A stretch of DNA of 64,000 bases from Isurus oxyrinchus (taxonomy: Eukaryota), in contig JANJGN010000071.1 of the NCBI GenBank assembly GCA_026770705.1, positions 1,240,001 through 1,304,000 on the forward strand, written 5' to 3'. Both the position numbers and the translations under genes were made by a program. The stretch's first letter is position 1; the number at the start of each line of letters is the position of its first letter. The notes below the pieces were generated by a model, which saw only the letters and a list, made by a program, of their open reading frames with translations, did not search any database and was not told where the DNA came from. Positions 11,711 through 24,800 of the stretch are shown here, in pieces.

Positions 11711-11824
11711 GTGAGTTAATGCAAACTTCAACATCACTCACACACACACACACACACATGCAGAAACATACACAATCTCAACTCACACAAGCACACACAC
11801 ACACATGCATAGACAGACACACGT

Positions 11825-11867
<43 letters not shown>

Positions 11868-12379
11868 AGTACGTGCACACACACAGATCCTTATTTTACA
11901 GAAACATACACACATAAGCCAGCACACACATACACACACACAAAACATGTGGGTTCCCTCTCCTCTCCCAGTGCTGCACTGGAGTCTCAGTATCAGCTCC
12001 GAATCTGTGTTGAAGGAAGGTAAACTCCAGATCATCAAGACACTGAACTGCATGGAGCAACCTCCTGAACAGTGAATTGTAGTTTTACCCCTCAGTGCTC
12101 CATTGGTCAAATACAATTCATTGCCTTTGAAGCCGTTGCGGACATCCTGAGGATCTGAAAGGGAGTTTCCTGCATTCTAGATGGACACCTCCACTGGTGG
12201 GAGAATGTAACTGCAGTGTGACAGTTTACATAGGCAGTGCCCATTGTAAATGTGAAATAAGTTCTTATCCTGAGGGAATGTACCTGGAAATGCATTCAGA
12301 CATCAGATACAGAGACATGATGCATGGAGTCTTGCTGTGCACTATATTTGCTCATATTAAAATCTTTCTATGTTTATAG

Positions 12380-12661
12380 ATGCACCACGGAATCTCTCAA
12401 TTACTTCTCTTGGTGTGATTAACGCTTTATCGATCGATGTAATTGAGGGGAATTCTGCAGTGATAATCTGCTCTGTCGAGAGCTTCCCAGCTTCTAACCT
12501 GACGTGGCGACATCTTAATGTCCCAGTGAACAGAACAAGTTGCAACAATGAGCTATGGTTGGTGATTCCTCACGTTACATCCAGGGACACTGGAGACTAT
12601 CAGTGTGTGGCAGAGAATGAACATGGAGCAGTGGAGGGGTTCATAACCATCACTGTGGAAC
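12380..12661 (+). CDS. Gene A Ig repeat exon 1 (C2/I-set)
   Basis: IICSVESFPASNLTW...DTGDYQCVAENEHG; 282 nt, phase 1-1. Confidence 0.9.
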
Positions 12662-13324
12662 GTAAGTTACTGCAAACTTCAACATCACTCGCACACACAC
12701 ACACACACATACACCCACGTGCACACACATACTCATAAACATACACACACATTCACTCATGCACAGAAATATACACAAAGACACACTCACATATGCGCAG
12801 ACACATACACACACGCACACACAGACACATGCGTGCATACTCACACAAACACACTCACTTGTGCAGAAACACAAACACAAACACATACACACACATGAGT
12901 TCCCTCTCCTCTCTCAGTGCCGCACTGGAGTCTTGGTATCAGCACTGATTCTGTGTTGAAGGAATGTAAACTCCAGATCAGCAAGACCCTGAATTGGATG
13001 GAGCAACCTCCTGAACAGAGAATTGTAGACTTACCCCTCAGTGCTCCATCGATCAAATACAATTCATTGCCTGTAAATCCCTTGGCAAAATCCTGAGGAT
13101 GTGAAAGTTTCTTTCATTCTAGGTGGACAGCACCTCTACTGGTGGGAGAATGTAACTGTAGTTTGACTGTTTACATAGGCAGTGCCCATTATAAATTTGA
13201 CAGTGGAAGTTATATGGAGGGAAGGTACCCGGAATTGCATACAGACATCAGATACAGAGAGATGATGCGTGGAGTCTTGCTGTAAATTGAGCTTGCTCAC
13301 ATTAAACACTTGATTTGTTTTTAG

Positions 13325-13606
13325 ATTCACCACAGGATCTCTCATTTACTTCGCTTGAAATGATTAATGCTTCATCGATCAATATGATTGAGGGGAATTC
13401 TGCAGTGATAATCTGCTCTGTCGAGAGCTTCCCATCTTCTAACCTGACGTGGCGACATCTTAATGTCCCAATGAACAGAACAAGTTCCAACAATGAGCTG
13501 TGGTTGGTGTTTCCTCACCTTACATCCAGGGACACTGGAGACTATCAGTGTGTGGCAGAGAATGAACATGGAGCAGTGGAGGGATTCATAACCATCACTG
13601 TGGAAT
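13325..13606 (+). CDS. Gene A Ig repeat exon 2
   Basis: Near-identical to 12380-12661; ttag|AT acceptor and T|gtgagt donor. Confidence 0.9.
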
Positions 13607-14348
13607 GTGAGTGCACACAGACATCTACATCACACACACACACTCACACATGCAAAAACACTCATGTGTAGACACAAACATGCACGTTTACACACAAACA
13701 TACGTTCAAACACATACACAGAAACACACACAAACTCAACTCACACGTACAATCATTCATGCGCACACGTAGACACACGTATACACACACACTCATTCAA
13801 GCACAGATGTACACACAAGACCCACATACATACGCGTGCCCACACATGCGCAGACAGACACGCGCATACACACAAATACAAACTCACTTGTGCAGAAATA
13901 CACACACACACACAAGTGTGAGATCCCTCCCCTCTCTCAGTGCTGCACTGGAGTCTCGGTATCAGCTCTGATTCTGTGTTGAAGGAAGGTAAACTCCAGA
14001 TCAGCAAGACCCTGAATTGGATGAGCAACTTCCTGAACGGAGAATTGTAGATTTACTCCTCAGTGCTCCATCAATCAAATACAATTCACGGGCTTTCAAT
14101 CCCTTGGGGGCATCTTGAGAGTGTTAAAGGATGTTTGTTTCATTCTAGGTGGACAGCAACTCTGTTGGTGGGAGAATGCAACTGCAGTGTGACAGTTTAC
14201 ATAGGAAGTGCCCATTATAAATGTGGCAGTATTTTTTCCTGAGGGAAGGTACCTGGAAATGCATTCCAATATCAGATACAGAGAGATGATGCATGGAGTC
14301 TTGCTGTGCACTGTGCTTGCTCACATTAAAATCTTTATTTGTTTTTAG

Positions 14349-14630
14349 ATGCTCCACGGAATCGCTCAGTTACTTCTCTTGATATGATTAATGCTTCATC
14401 GATCAATATAATTGAGGGGAATTCTGCAGTGATAATCTGCTCTGTCAAGAGCTTCCCAGCTTCTAACCTGACGTGGCGACATCTTAATGTCCCAATGAAC
14501 AGAACAAGTTCCAACAATGAGCTGTGGTTGGTGATTCCTCACGTTACATCCAGGGACACTGGAGACTATCAGTGTGTGACAGAGAATGAACATGGAGCAG
14601 TGGAGGGATTTATAACCATCTCTGTGGAAC
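14349..14630 (+). CDS. Gene A Ig repeat exon 3
   Basis: Near-identical to 12380-12661; C|gtgagt donor. Confidence 0.9.
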
Positions 14631-14669
14631 GTGAGTTACACAGAATTGAACGTTCTCGTGTTATTAGCT

Positions 14670-15700
14670 CATGGGACGTGGGCATTGTTGACAAGACCAG
14701 AAATTATTGCCCATCTGTAACTGCCCCTTGAGAGGGTGGTGGTGAGCTGCCTTCTTTAACCACTGCAGTCCATGTGGTGTAGGCGCACCCACAGTGCTGT
14801 TAGGGAGGGAGTTCCAGGATTTTGTCCCAGTGATGGTGAAGGAACGGCCGATATAGTTCCAAGTCCCAGGGCAGACCACCACCTCAAGTTCACTTCCAAA
14901 TCACACACCACACTGAGTTGGAACTGTCTTGGTGGAAGAGGTTAAGAGTTTGGAAGGTGCTGTCGAAGGAGCCTTGGTGAGTTGCTGCAGTGCATCTTGT
15001 AGATGGTGCACACACTGCTGCCATTGTGTGCCAGTGGTGGAGGGTATGAATGTTCATGCTGGTGGATGGGCTGTCGATCAAACAAGCTGCTCCTGGATGG
15101 TGTTGAGGTTCTTGAGTGTTGTTGGAGCTGCACTCATCCAGCCAAGTGGAGATTATTCCATCACACTCCTGACTTGTGCCTTGTCGATGGTGGACAGGCA
15201 TTGGAGAGTCAGGAGTTGAATGACTCACCACAGAGTTCCCAGCCTCTTACCCGCATTTGTAGCCACATTATTTCCTGTTGCCGGGCTGTTGCCAGGGCCA
15301 ATAGCCTTTGCTGTATCCAGTATCATCAGCTGATTCCTGATGTCACGTGGAGTCAATCGAATTGTCTGAAAGCTGACATCTGTGATGCTGGGACCCTCTG
15401 GAGGAGGCCGAGATGGAGCATCCACTCAGCACTTCTGGCTGAACATGGTTGCCAATGCTTCAGCCTTGTCGTTTGCACTGATGTGCTGAGCTCCCCCATC
15501 ATTAAGGATGGGGATATTTGTGGAACATCCTCCTCCTGTTAGATCTTTAGTTGTCCATCACCATTCATGACTGGATGTGGCAGGACTGCAGAGCTTAGAT
15601 CTGACCCGTTGGTTGTGGGATCGCTTTGCTCTGTCTATAGCATGTTGTTTCCGCTGTTTGGTGTGTATGTAGTCCTGTGTGTCACCTCAGCAGCTTGGCA
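14670..15700 (-). mobile_element. LINE 3'/ORF2 fragments
   Basis: Shares sequence with 29870-31830 and 48230-48680; peptide IRLTPRDIRNQL..LDTAKA.GP. Confidence 0.75.
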
Positions 15701-16589
15701 CCTGTTATATGTGAATCCTCCTTATAGAAACCTGCATGTACATGGATATTATCAATAAATATTACATAGATAAATGTTATTTGTACAGACCTTTCATGCA
15801 TAGACAATATCACTTCACAAGTTCAGAATTACTACATGTACATAGGGAACCATTCTCAAACTGTACCGGAGTCATTCATTGGCTGATTTTACAGGGCGAG
15901 ATTCCAATGAATGGAAAGCAGGATTGCTTGGAGCAGGAATCTGTTTGAGTCTTGGACTGAGTGGATTCTTCATCTTCAAGTGTGTGAGAAAGTAAGTGTG
16001 AAGGTTTAATTGGTTGTCTTTGAACATGTTTTCTTCAACCTTCTCTCCTTTTCGAAAGAACTTGCGTTTCTATAGCACCTTTCACAACCCAAAACCCTTC
16101 ACAGCCCCTGAAGAGCTTTGATGTTCACTCACTGTTTACCATCTCATCCAACACTCACTGTTTCACAACTCAGTCCTGTAACTGGCAGTGTTGACCTGGA
16201 CCATAAAATACCTTGTGACTTCCTGATGATGCGAAATGTGCTATATAAATGAAAACCTTTCTTTTGTTAGTGAATGCAATCTCTTTCCATTTTCCCTGTC
16301 GCATTCACTCTCTCTCTTATCTCCACTAATGCACGCCTTCTCATTCTCTCTCTCTCGTCCTCTTACACGTTGTTCAGTCTCTCACATTTTTAAGGAGCGC
16401 TGAGCAACATCTGCTCCTTCAGAAGATCCACCTCAACACCTGGAATGAGCAGTGAAATGAAACTTGCTCAACGACTGCTCAGCTTTACACAGGAATCACG
16501 TCACAGAGTCAGGACACAAAGGGTTAACGGTTTGCTTACAACACAACACTAAGACCCTACGTTTCAATGAAAGGGTTTTCACAATTGTT

Positions 16590-16897
16590 CCCCAATTCCT
16601 GATTTGACTCACAGTGACACATCAACCCTTTCTCATTAAATACACAGAGGGAGCAGCACAGGAAGAGGTCATTCAGCCCAAGCAGAGCGTGTGGGCAGTT
16701 CCTCCCCAGGCGAGCAGTCGGACAGGTACTGGGTAAGTAACGGAACGATTGGAATTCACTTACACCACCAACACCGTCCTTTGTTGATGTTGTGACTTTA
16801 TAAAGACAGATTCCAATGATTGATGCCTTTGAAAGATTTCTACTGATTATTGAGATCAGGGTGTGAGGCTCAAGTCTGTTGTACAGAACATCTTTCT
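16590..16897 (+). pseudogene. Orphan copy of the Siglec-like promoter, exon 1 (donor at 16733) and the start of intron 1
   Basis: Near-identical to 5835-6135; similarity ends abruptly at ~16897; no leader or V exon follows. Confidence 0.8.
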
Positions 16898-17243
16898 GGT
16901 TAAATTATGCAGACAGCTTACACACAGTCTACGATTATATCCCCTCAGGTCTAGAAGATTAAGGAGTGATCTATCTGAGGGGTTCAAACTGATTAAACAC
17001 TCGATAGGGTCGATAGAGAGAAGCTATTCCCTCGGGTGGGGGTGGGTGGTGGGGGTCGGGTGGAGTCCAGAACAAGGGGGCCGGAACTTCAGATTGGAGC
17101 CAGGCCGTTCAGGGGTGATGTCAGGAAGCACTTCTTCACACAAAGGGGAGTGGAAATCTGGAACTCTCTCCCCAATAATCAAACCCAACACCGAATACAC
17201 ATCATGTTGATTGTCACTCTGTCCATTTCCATCTCTATTACAG

Positions 17244-17348
17244 AAGAGAGGCGAGGGGAAAGCAGGAATCAAATCGAACCATCGTGTTGATGAATATCGA
17301 GGTCCTGTTTATGAAAACTGTGAGCGTGGTTGGGCTTTGAGGAATCGG
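17244..17348 (+). CDS. Putative cytoplasmic exon KRGEGKAGIKSNHRVDEYRGPVYENCERGWALRNR
   Basis: Polypyrimidine acceptor ...ctctattacag; phase 0-0 with a CGG|gtgact donor; YEN motif; acceptor region homologous to that of the 18078 exon. Confidence 0.55.
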
Positions 17349-17481
17349 GTGACTCACACACCACAGGATCCCCAGCCTCTCAGCTGCTCCAGTAGCCTGG
17401 TTATTGATATGGCTGCTCCAGTCCTGTATCTGCAATGTTTTATACAGTCACTCCCAAACCCAACCAAACTCACACCCAACA

Positions 17482-17978
17482 CCGTTCAGAATCAATAATC
17501 AAACCCCGTTCAGTATCAATAATCAAACCCCGTTCAGTATCAATAATCAAACCCCATTCAGAATCAATAATCAAACCCCGTTCAGTATCAATAATCAAAC
17601 CCCGTTCAGTATCAATAATCAAACCCCGTTCAGTATCAATAATCAAACCCCATTCAGAATCAATAATCAAACCCCGTTCAGTATCAATAATCAAACCCCG
17701 TTCAGTATCAATAATCAAACCCCATTCAGTATCAATAATCAAACCCCGTTCAGAATCAATAATCAAACCCCATTCAGTATCAATAATCAAACCCCGTTCA
17801 GAATCAATAATCAAACCCCGTTCAGAATCAATAATCAAACCCTGTTCAGTATCAATAATCAAACCCTCTTCAGAATCAATAATCAAACCCCGTTCAGTAT
17901 CAATAATCAAACCCCGTTCAGAATCAATAATCAAACCCCGTTCAGTATCAATAATCAAACCCTGTTCAGTATCAATAA
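17482..17978. repeat. 24-bp tandem repeat (atcaataatcaaaccccgttcagt), ~20 copies
   Basis: Direct repeats without spacers. Confidence 0.97.
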
Positions 17979-18077
17979 TTAATGTATCTATTGTGGGTGG
18001 AATTTTCGATTTGGATCAATAATACTAAACACTGATCACTCTGATTGTCACTCTGATCATTTCTGTTTCTATTACAG

Positions 18078-18194
18078 AAGAAAGATGAGAAGGATCTGGA
18101 AATGAAATCTAACCGCGGAGTCAATCCTGATACAGATGATGATCTTTACGCAAACTGTGATTTTGCCAAGGATTCTGTTTATGGGAATTTATAA
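18078..18194 (+). CDS. Putative terminal cytoplasmic exon KKDEKDLEMKSNRGVNPDTDDDLYANCDFAKDSVYGNL*
   Basis: Acceptor tttctattacag; phase 0; acidic DDDLYAN and a C-terminal SVYGNL (ITIM consensus) just before the stop. Confidence 0.65.
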   Translation, partial: KKDEKDLEMKSNRGVNPDTDDDLYANCDFAKDSVYGNL

Positions 18195-19249
18195 ACTGAG
18201 CAAGAATGAGACACACACAGTGTGGGGAGAATACAGAATGGGAGAATCATTCAAAACTCCAATTTACCTTCCTAATATCCACAGGAACTCACTCCCAGGA
18301 AATAGATTTAAACCTCTTGTTACAATCTGATGGAATTTCTTCGGAATGATCTATCCAGGATGATTGTCTGTGGGTTTCAATTCGAACATCCTCCTTCAGA
18401 ATTGTCCCTCACTGTTGGAAACATCCTTCTCTCCATTCTGATTGTAAATGTCTTTAGATATCGTTCGATGATGTACCAGGACAGAACGGACAAATTCAAT
18501 CCCGTGTCCGTGATTGAGTTAATTTTCATTCTGTTATTCACCTTTCTGTCTGTCAGTGTTTACAGAATATTCATCAGCCAGTGCAGACTTCAGGAAATGC
18601 AGGATCGGTGGATAATTGGAGCAGAGGAGATTGGTAAAATTTCCTCACCATTTTGTAGTCAAATGTATTTTCAGATATATATTTGGATTTTACACTTCAT
18701 CGTTAAACAGCGAAACAAACAAGAATCTGGGAAACAGGGAAACAATTTGATTGGAGAGTTGAGAAATTCTCTGCAGCTCAGAGGATAACAGATGTGCTAC
18801 AGTGCCACCACTGGTAGGAGGACATCATTTCAGCGTGACATGTTTACATTCATGTTGCCAATGAACATTGAAAACTATGATGTGAAAAATTGGTTGCAGG
18901 TTTATCTTCTTCAGTATGTCATGGATGGATGAGACAGCTTTGATAACAGAATGAGATATAGCTGCAATAAACCACCATTTTAGTCTTTCACACTTGGAGA
19001 GTACAATTAGCATCCATCCTGAAGGCTGAGTGGATGGGTGGACTGTGCGATGTGTTACAGATTACAGAGACCAACATACTCGATCCTGGTTCCGCTCTGT
19101 GTTTGATGAGATACTTGATTCAAAGATTGGGAAAATAAATAATCCTCCTGCATTGATCTGTAACTGGTCATTTTCTCTGTTAATGAGGTGAGGACAGATT
19201 TGGGTTCGAGGTCCCAAATCAGACACATGCTTTGACTGCCCATTGACTC

Positions 19250-21130
19250 GGAACAGGAGGTGGCCATTCAGCCCCCTCGAGCCTGCTACACAGGAACAAG
19301 AGGGCACCTGAAATAAAAACAGAAAATGCTGGAGAAACTGAGTAGGTCTGGCAGCATCTGTGCAGAGATAAACAGAAATAACATTTTGAGTCCGTATGAC
19401 CCTTCTTCAGAGTCTCAAAGCAAAAACTCTGTTTCTCTCTCCACAGCTGCTGCCAGACCTGCTGAGTTAATGCAGCATTTTCTGTTTTTATTTCAGATTT
19501 ACAGCATCTGCAGTATTTATTTTTAATGAGAGGAGGACATTCAGCCCCTCGAGCCTGTTACACAGGAACAGGAGGAGGCCCATTCTGTCCCCTTGAGCCA
19601 GTTACACAGGAACAGGAGGAGGCCCATTCTATCCCTTTGAACCTGTTACACAGGAACAGGAGGAGGCCCATTCACCTTCCTCGAGCCTATTACACAGGAA
19701 CAGGAGGAGGCCCATTCTGTCCCCTTGAGCCTGTTACACAGGAACAGGAGACCCATTCAGCCTCCACAAGCTTGTTACACAGGAACATTAGGGGCTCCAT
19801 TCAGCCACTCAAGCCTGTTCCACAAGAACAGGAGCAAAAACAAAAATAGCTGGAAAAACTCAGCAGGTCTGATAGGATCTGCGGAGAGGAACACACTTGA
19901 CGTTTTGGGTCTGTAAGACTCTTCATCAGAACTAAGGGAATCGAGAAATGAGGTGACGTTTTAGCTGGTAGAGGGGGTGGGGCAGGTAGAGCTGGATTGT
20001 GGGCCAGTGATAGGTGGAGGTAAAGAAGAGGTTGCCAAAGATGTGATAGACAAAAGGACAAAGGGGTGTTGACGGTGGTGATATTATCTGAGGAATGTGC
20101 TAATGGGGACATTAAGGGTAGAAAGCAGGACGAGCAAGAGACAGATAGTCCTAGTGGGGGTGGGGTGGGGGGAAAGGATTGAAATCGGCTAAAAGGTAGA
20201 GATACAACAACAGATGTAAAACATTTAAAAATAATGGAAATAGGTGGGAAAAGAAAAATATATAAATAAAATAAATATTAAAAATGATAAATTATTGGAA
20301 AAAGGGAGATTGGAAAGGGGGTGGGGATGGAGGAGAGAGTTCATGATCTGAAATTGTTGAACTCAATATTCAGTCGGGAAGGCTGTAAAGTGCCAGGTCG
20401 GAAGATGAGGTGTTGTTCCTCCAGTTTGTGTTGGGCTTCACTGGAACAATGCAGCAGGCCAAGGACGGACATGTGGGCATGAGAGCAGGGTGGAGGGTTA
20501 AAATGGCAAGCGACAGGGAGGTCTGGGTCATGCTTGTGGACAGACCGAAGGTGTTCATCAGAGCGATCACCCAGTCTGTGTTTGGTCTGTCCCATGTAGA
20601 GGAGACCACATTGGGAGCAGTGAATGCAGTAGATTAAATTGAGGAAAGTGCAAGTGAAATGCTGCTTCCAATGATGCTCCTAATGTACTCGAGCCTGGTA
20701 CACAGGAACTGGGGAAGGCCAATTCAGCCCCTTTAGCCTTTTACACAGGAACAGGAGGAGGCCCACTCAGCCCCATGAGCCTGGTACACAGTGAGAGAAG
20801 GAGGCCACTCATCCCCATGAGCCTGTTACACAGGAACAGGAGACCCATTCAGCCCCTCGAGCTTGTTACACAGGAACAGGAGGAGGTCCATTCAGCCCCT
20901 CAAGTCAGTAACATAGGAACAGGAGAAGTCTCATTCAGCCACATAAGCATCTTATATAAGAACATGAGGGGGCCCAAACAGCTCCTCAAGCCTGTTACAC
21001 AAGAAGAGGAGGAGGAGGTTCATTCAGTCCCTCGAGGCTGTTACACAGGAACAGGAGGAGGCCCATTCAGCCACATGAGCCTGTTACACTGGAACAGGAG
21101 GAGGCCCAGTCAACCCCTCGAGCTTGTTGC
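19250..21130. repeat. ~40-bp minisatellite (cctgttacacaggaacaggaggaggcccattcagcccctcgag) interrupted by Penelope-like inserts
   Basis: Arrays at 19250-19305, 19530-19830 and 20690-21130; a reverse-strand array at 39790-40070. Confidence 0.85.
19835..20670 (-). mobile_element. Penelope-like retroelement 3' fragment (GIY-YIG endonuclease C-terminus plus terminal repeat)
   Basis: YMGQTKHRLGDR..EHLRSV...HFN...LEEQHLIFR.GTLQP..LNIEF; degenerate hammerhead motif at ~19895-19930. Confidence 0.85.
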
Positions 21131-21234
21131 ATGTGAACAGTCGATGGCCCTTCAACCACATTCTTGGTACGCAAAGGGTTAACAGTTTTCTAACTGTGTG
21201 AGGCAAAGAGCTGCTTTCTCACTTGGTACTAACC

Positions 21235-21374
21235 ACTTCCTCATTTTGTCTCACAGTGACACATCAACCCTTTCTAATTAAACACACAGAGGGAGCAGCA
21301 CAGGAAGAGGTCATTCAGCCCAAGCAGAGCGTGTGGGCAGTTCCTCCCCAGGCGAGCAGTCGGACAGGTCCTGG
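21235..21374 (+). promoter_or_regulatory. Gene B promoter and non-coding exon 1
   Basis: ETS site ACTTCCTC intact; AP-1 mutated to TGTCTCA; donor gtaagt at 21375. Confidence 0.6.
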
Positions 21375-21802
21375 GTAAGTAACAGAACGATTGGAATTCA
21401 CTTCCACCACCAACACCATCCTTTGTTGATGTTGTGACTTTATAAAGACAGATTCCAATGATTGATGCCTTTGAAAGATTTCTACTGATTATTGAGATCT
21501 GGGTGTGAGGCTCAAGTCTGTTGTACAGAACATCTTTCTAGCTCAAGGGATGAGGGAAGTGCAGAGACATGAGCTTTGGGACGTCCTGTGATAGTGAAAG
21601 GTGCTATAGAAATGCAAGTCCTTCATTATTTTTTTTTCTTAAAGCCTTGTAACTCTCTGCAGAGCACCTATCATCCCACAGAGAATCAAATTATTCTGTG
21701 AAGACATTGTCTAAAAGCAGTTCTGAACTCTCGAGAGCTGTCGGACAAGAGGTGAGGTCTCATTAACTCCTTTCTCTTTCACAGCTTGAGAGTGAGAAGT
21801 GG

Positions 21803-21863
21803 ATGGAATATCTGGGAGTGGACAATGATCGGGAAATCTACTTCCTCTTGTCACTTCTCCAAG
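21803..21863 (+). CDS. Gene B leader exon MEYLGVDNDREIYFLLSLLQ
   Basis: A 1-nt deletion puts the ancestral ATG (21825) out of frame and an upstream ATG (21803) in frame. Confidence 0.6.
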
Positions 21864-24800
21864 GTAATATCATCGTCAGCTCGGATAGATTTATGTTTAA
21901 CAGTCTTTGTAAAAGATCATTCTTATCTCTTTATCTCTGTAACCTCCTGCAACTCACCCAAACAACTTCCCAGATCTCTGTGTTACTCCAATTCCGGCCT
22001 CTTGACCATCCCTCGATTCCCATCACTCCAATACTGGCGGCCGGGCCTTCAGCTGCCTGGGGCCTGAGCTCTGGAATTCACTCGCTAAACCTCGGGGATG
22101 GAGGAGATCAGAGGGATTCATTTTACTGACAATCACCACGACCACATCACAGCTGCAGTGAGAATAGACAGAGAGTCCAGCCCTCACACTTCCTGCACAG
22201 TTTCACCATAGCAACCACAATAAGGAAGTAAAATAACTGAAAGTTAAACCGAAGCCAAGCCAGTCAGTGTAGAGAGATGAGATGTTTACACAGTTTCCCT
22301 GTGTATCTTGTAGACACTGTGTTGGGTGGAAGACTGGCTTCACTAAACAGGGTCCTGAGGACCATGAGCCAATGTAGAATGAACTTGTCCACTCCTGTGT
22401 CCAGGATTCTCTTCCATCCATTGTGAAACCTTGGGGAGTTCCTTGTGTGTCCTGTAGATGGTCCACACTGCAGCCACTGTGCCCCAGTGATGGAGGGAGT
22501 GGATATCGAGTCTAGTGGATCTACAAACTATCCAGAGTTAAATATTGATATTTCTCTCCCCAGTTGGACTGTCACAAGAGTGGAAAGGTGACACTCCACG
22601 AGAGGTTGCAGCACAGGAAGGCTCGTGTGTACAGATTCCATGTCATTACAGTTACTCATCAAATTTAGTAGGGAGATCGCGTGTCAGAATCTGGTTGAAA
22701 GGAATAGATGTGAATCCACAGACTAAATGGTCTATAGCCTTTCACTCCGAAGGTCACAGTCACAGGGATCAAAGATTCCACCATCGGACCCGGCTGTCAG
22801 GAGACCTGAAAGATGGCGACTGTTCCCTGATTATAAATAACTTCAGACGGGAAGATGCGGGACCTTATTTTTTCAGAATAGAATTTGACAATGGTCCGAG
22901 CCATAACTATTACCCTGTAACCCAGCTTCACGTTTCTGGTAAGTGCTGTGTTATAATTACTCAACAATTCACATTCAACACTCGATGGGAAATAACACAA
23001 ACTGTGACGTTTACATATTAACACAAAACACAGCTTACACATCAGACACACTGTCTGATTCTCAATAACCTGGTGATAGCTTCCAGTTCAGTCCTAAAGC
23101 AACCTCTAATACTCACTTTAATATCAATGATGAAAAGCGTTAACTGTATTATCAGGTTACCACACCCATCAATCTCTCCTGTCCTGTTTAAAAGTCTGAC
23201 GTATCGATAAAAGAAAGATGTGCATTTCTGCAGCGCAATTTACCACCTCAGGAGGATCCAAATCCCTTCACAGCCAATGAAATTATTCCTGAATTGTAGT
23301 CACAGATGTTAAACACAGCAGGCAGTTTGTGCACAGCAAGATCCAACAAACCACAAGGTGATAAATCACCCAGATCACTGAGGAAATGAGAAGCCAGTGA
23401 ACTCAAACCTCTGGTCTGATGAAGAGTCATACGGACTCGAAACGTTAACCCTATCTTCCTCTCCACTGATACTGTCAGACCTGCTGAGTCTTTCCAGCAA
23501 TTTTTGTTTTTGTTTCAGATTTCCAGCATCCGCAGTATTCTGCTTTTAACTCCAATCTCTGGTCTGAGCCTCTTCTCTCATCCAGTGTTCTCAATTCACA
23601 TGTCTCGGAGTGAACGTGTATTAAGCTGAGAGACAGAAACACTACTGCCAAAGAGCAAGAAAATCTTTCCTGATCATTGTAACCTCTCAGTTCTGATATC
23701 ATCCTTGTAAAAGTGCTTTCTCTTGTGGGACTGTGGTTTCTATTTGAACTGATGCTTCACGTTATATTTCTCTAAAAGGATCCATTCTCTTTCTGTTAGA
23801 TTTCACAGATAAACCCACGATTTTCCCTGCTGAAATTATTGCAGGAAAGCGTGTGGATGTAAGCTGCACCTTCAACACAACGTGCAATGGAACAGCAGCA
23901 CCTGTCTTGACCTGGGACACTCCCACTGACGTACCTGGATCAGTCTCAAACACTGTAACTCAGCATGGTGTCACTCTGACCTATACTTGTGTTGTGACCC
24001 TGATTCCATCACTCAAACACCACGGACACACTCTCAGCTGCAGAGTGAGATATCCATCTGTTTCATCGGAGCGGACCCTCGTACTAACTGTGCAAGGTAA
24101 TTACATACACTTTCATTCTACATCAGCACTCCCTCAGCGCTGACCCTCTGACAGTGCAGCCCGTTCTCAGTATCCACATTCTCAGACCTCTCTAAGTGCT
24201 TCAAAGTCGATAGAAGTTAATTGATCTTTATTTGATTATTGCTGAATAAAGAGACAAGCTGTCTAAACTTTACATCTCGCACACACCATTCTCCATGGCA
24301 ACACCTCCACCTATCAGAGACCACTTGCCAACCAATCAGCACTCTCTTCCCATTAAGTATAAATTGTTGTTCACTTTCTGTTGGTAATCCTGTGAACGGG
24401 CTTCTTGATTCCTGCCCTGACATCTTAATGTCCCAATGAACAGAACAACTTCCAACAATGAGCTGTGGTTAGTGATTCCTCACATTACATCCAGGGACAC
24501 TGGAGACTATCAGTGTGTGGCAGAGAATGAACATGGAGCAGTGGAGGGATTCATAACCATCACTGTGGAACGTGAGTGTACACAGACTTCAACATCTCTC
24601 GCAGATTCGAACACGACACAAACACCCTCAAACATACACATCTAAGTAGACACATGCAGACACACATATATGACCACACAGAAAGACACACTCACACACA
24701 AACACACTAACACACACTCCCCTGTGGGCTACCTGACCTCCCTCAGTACTGCCCTGGAGAGTTGGCCTGAATTCTGGGATTTGTGTTCCCATTCATATTT

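Larger units (their letters stand above)
6404..14630 (+). pseudogene. Siglec-like gene A: leader, V-set, C2 (frameshifted), mini-exon, 3 Ig exons; no TM exon found
   Basis: Exons 6404-6443, 9876-10241, 11101-11398, 11618-11710, 12380-12661, 13325-13606 and 14349-14630, all with GT-AG sites in phase 1. A 1-nt insertion lies at ~11153. Confidence 0.8.

Noticed and set aside
17482-17978. 24-bp repeat array as a CRISPR array or a repeat protein (ORFs 17404, 17435, 17470)
   Set aside because: No unique spacers, eukaryotic intronic context, and the ORFs are open only because the unit is a multiple of 3 with no stops.
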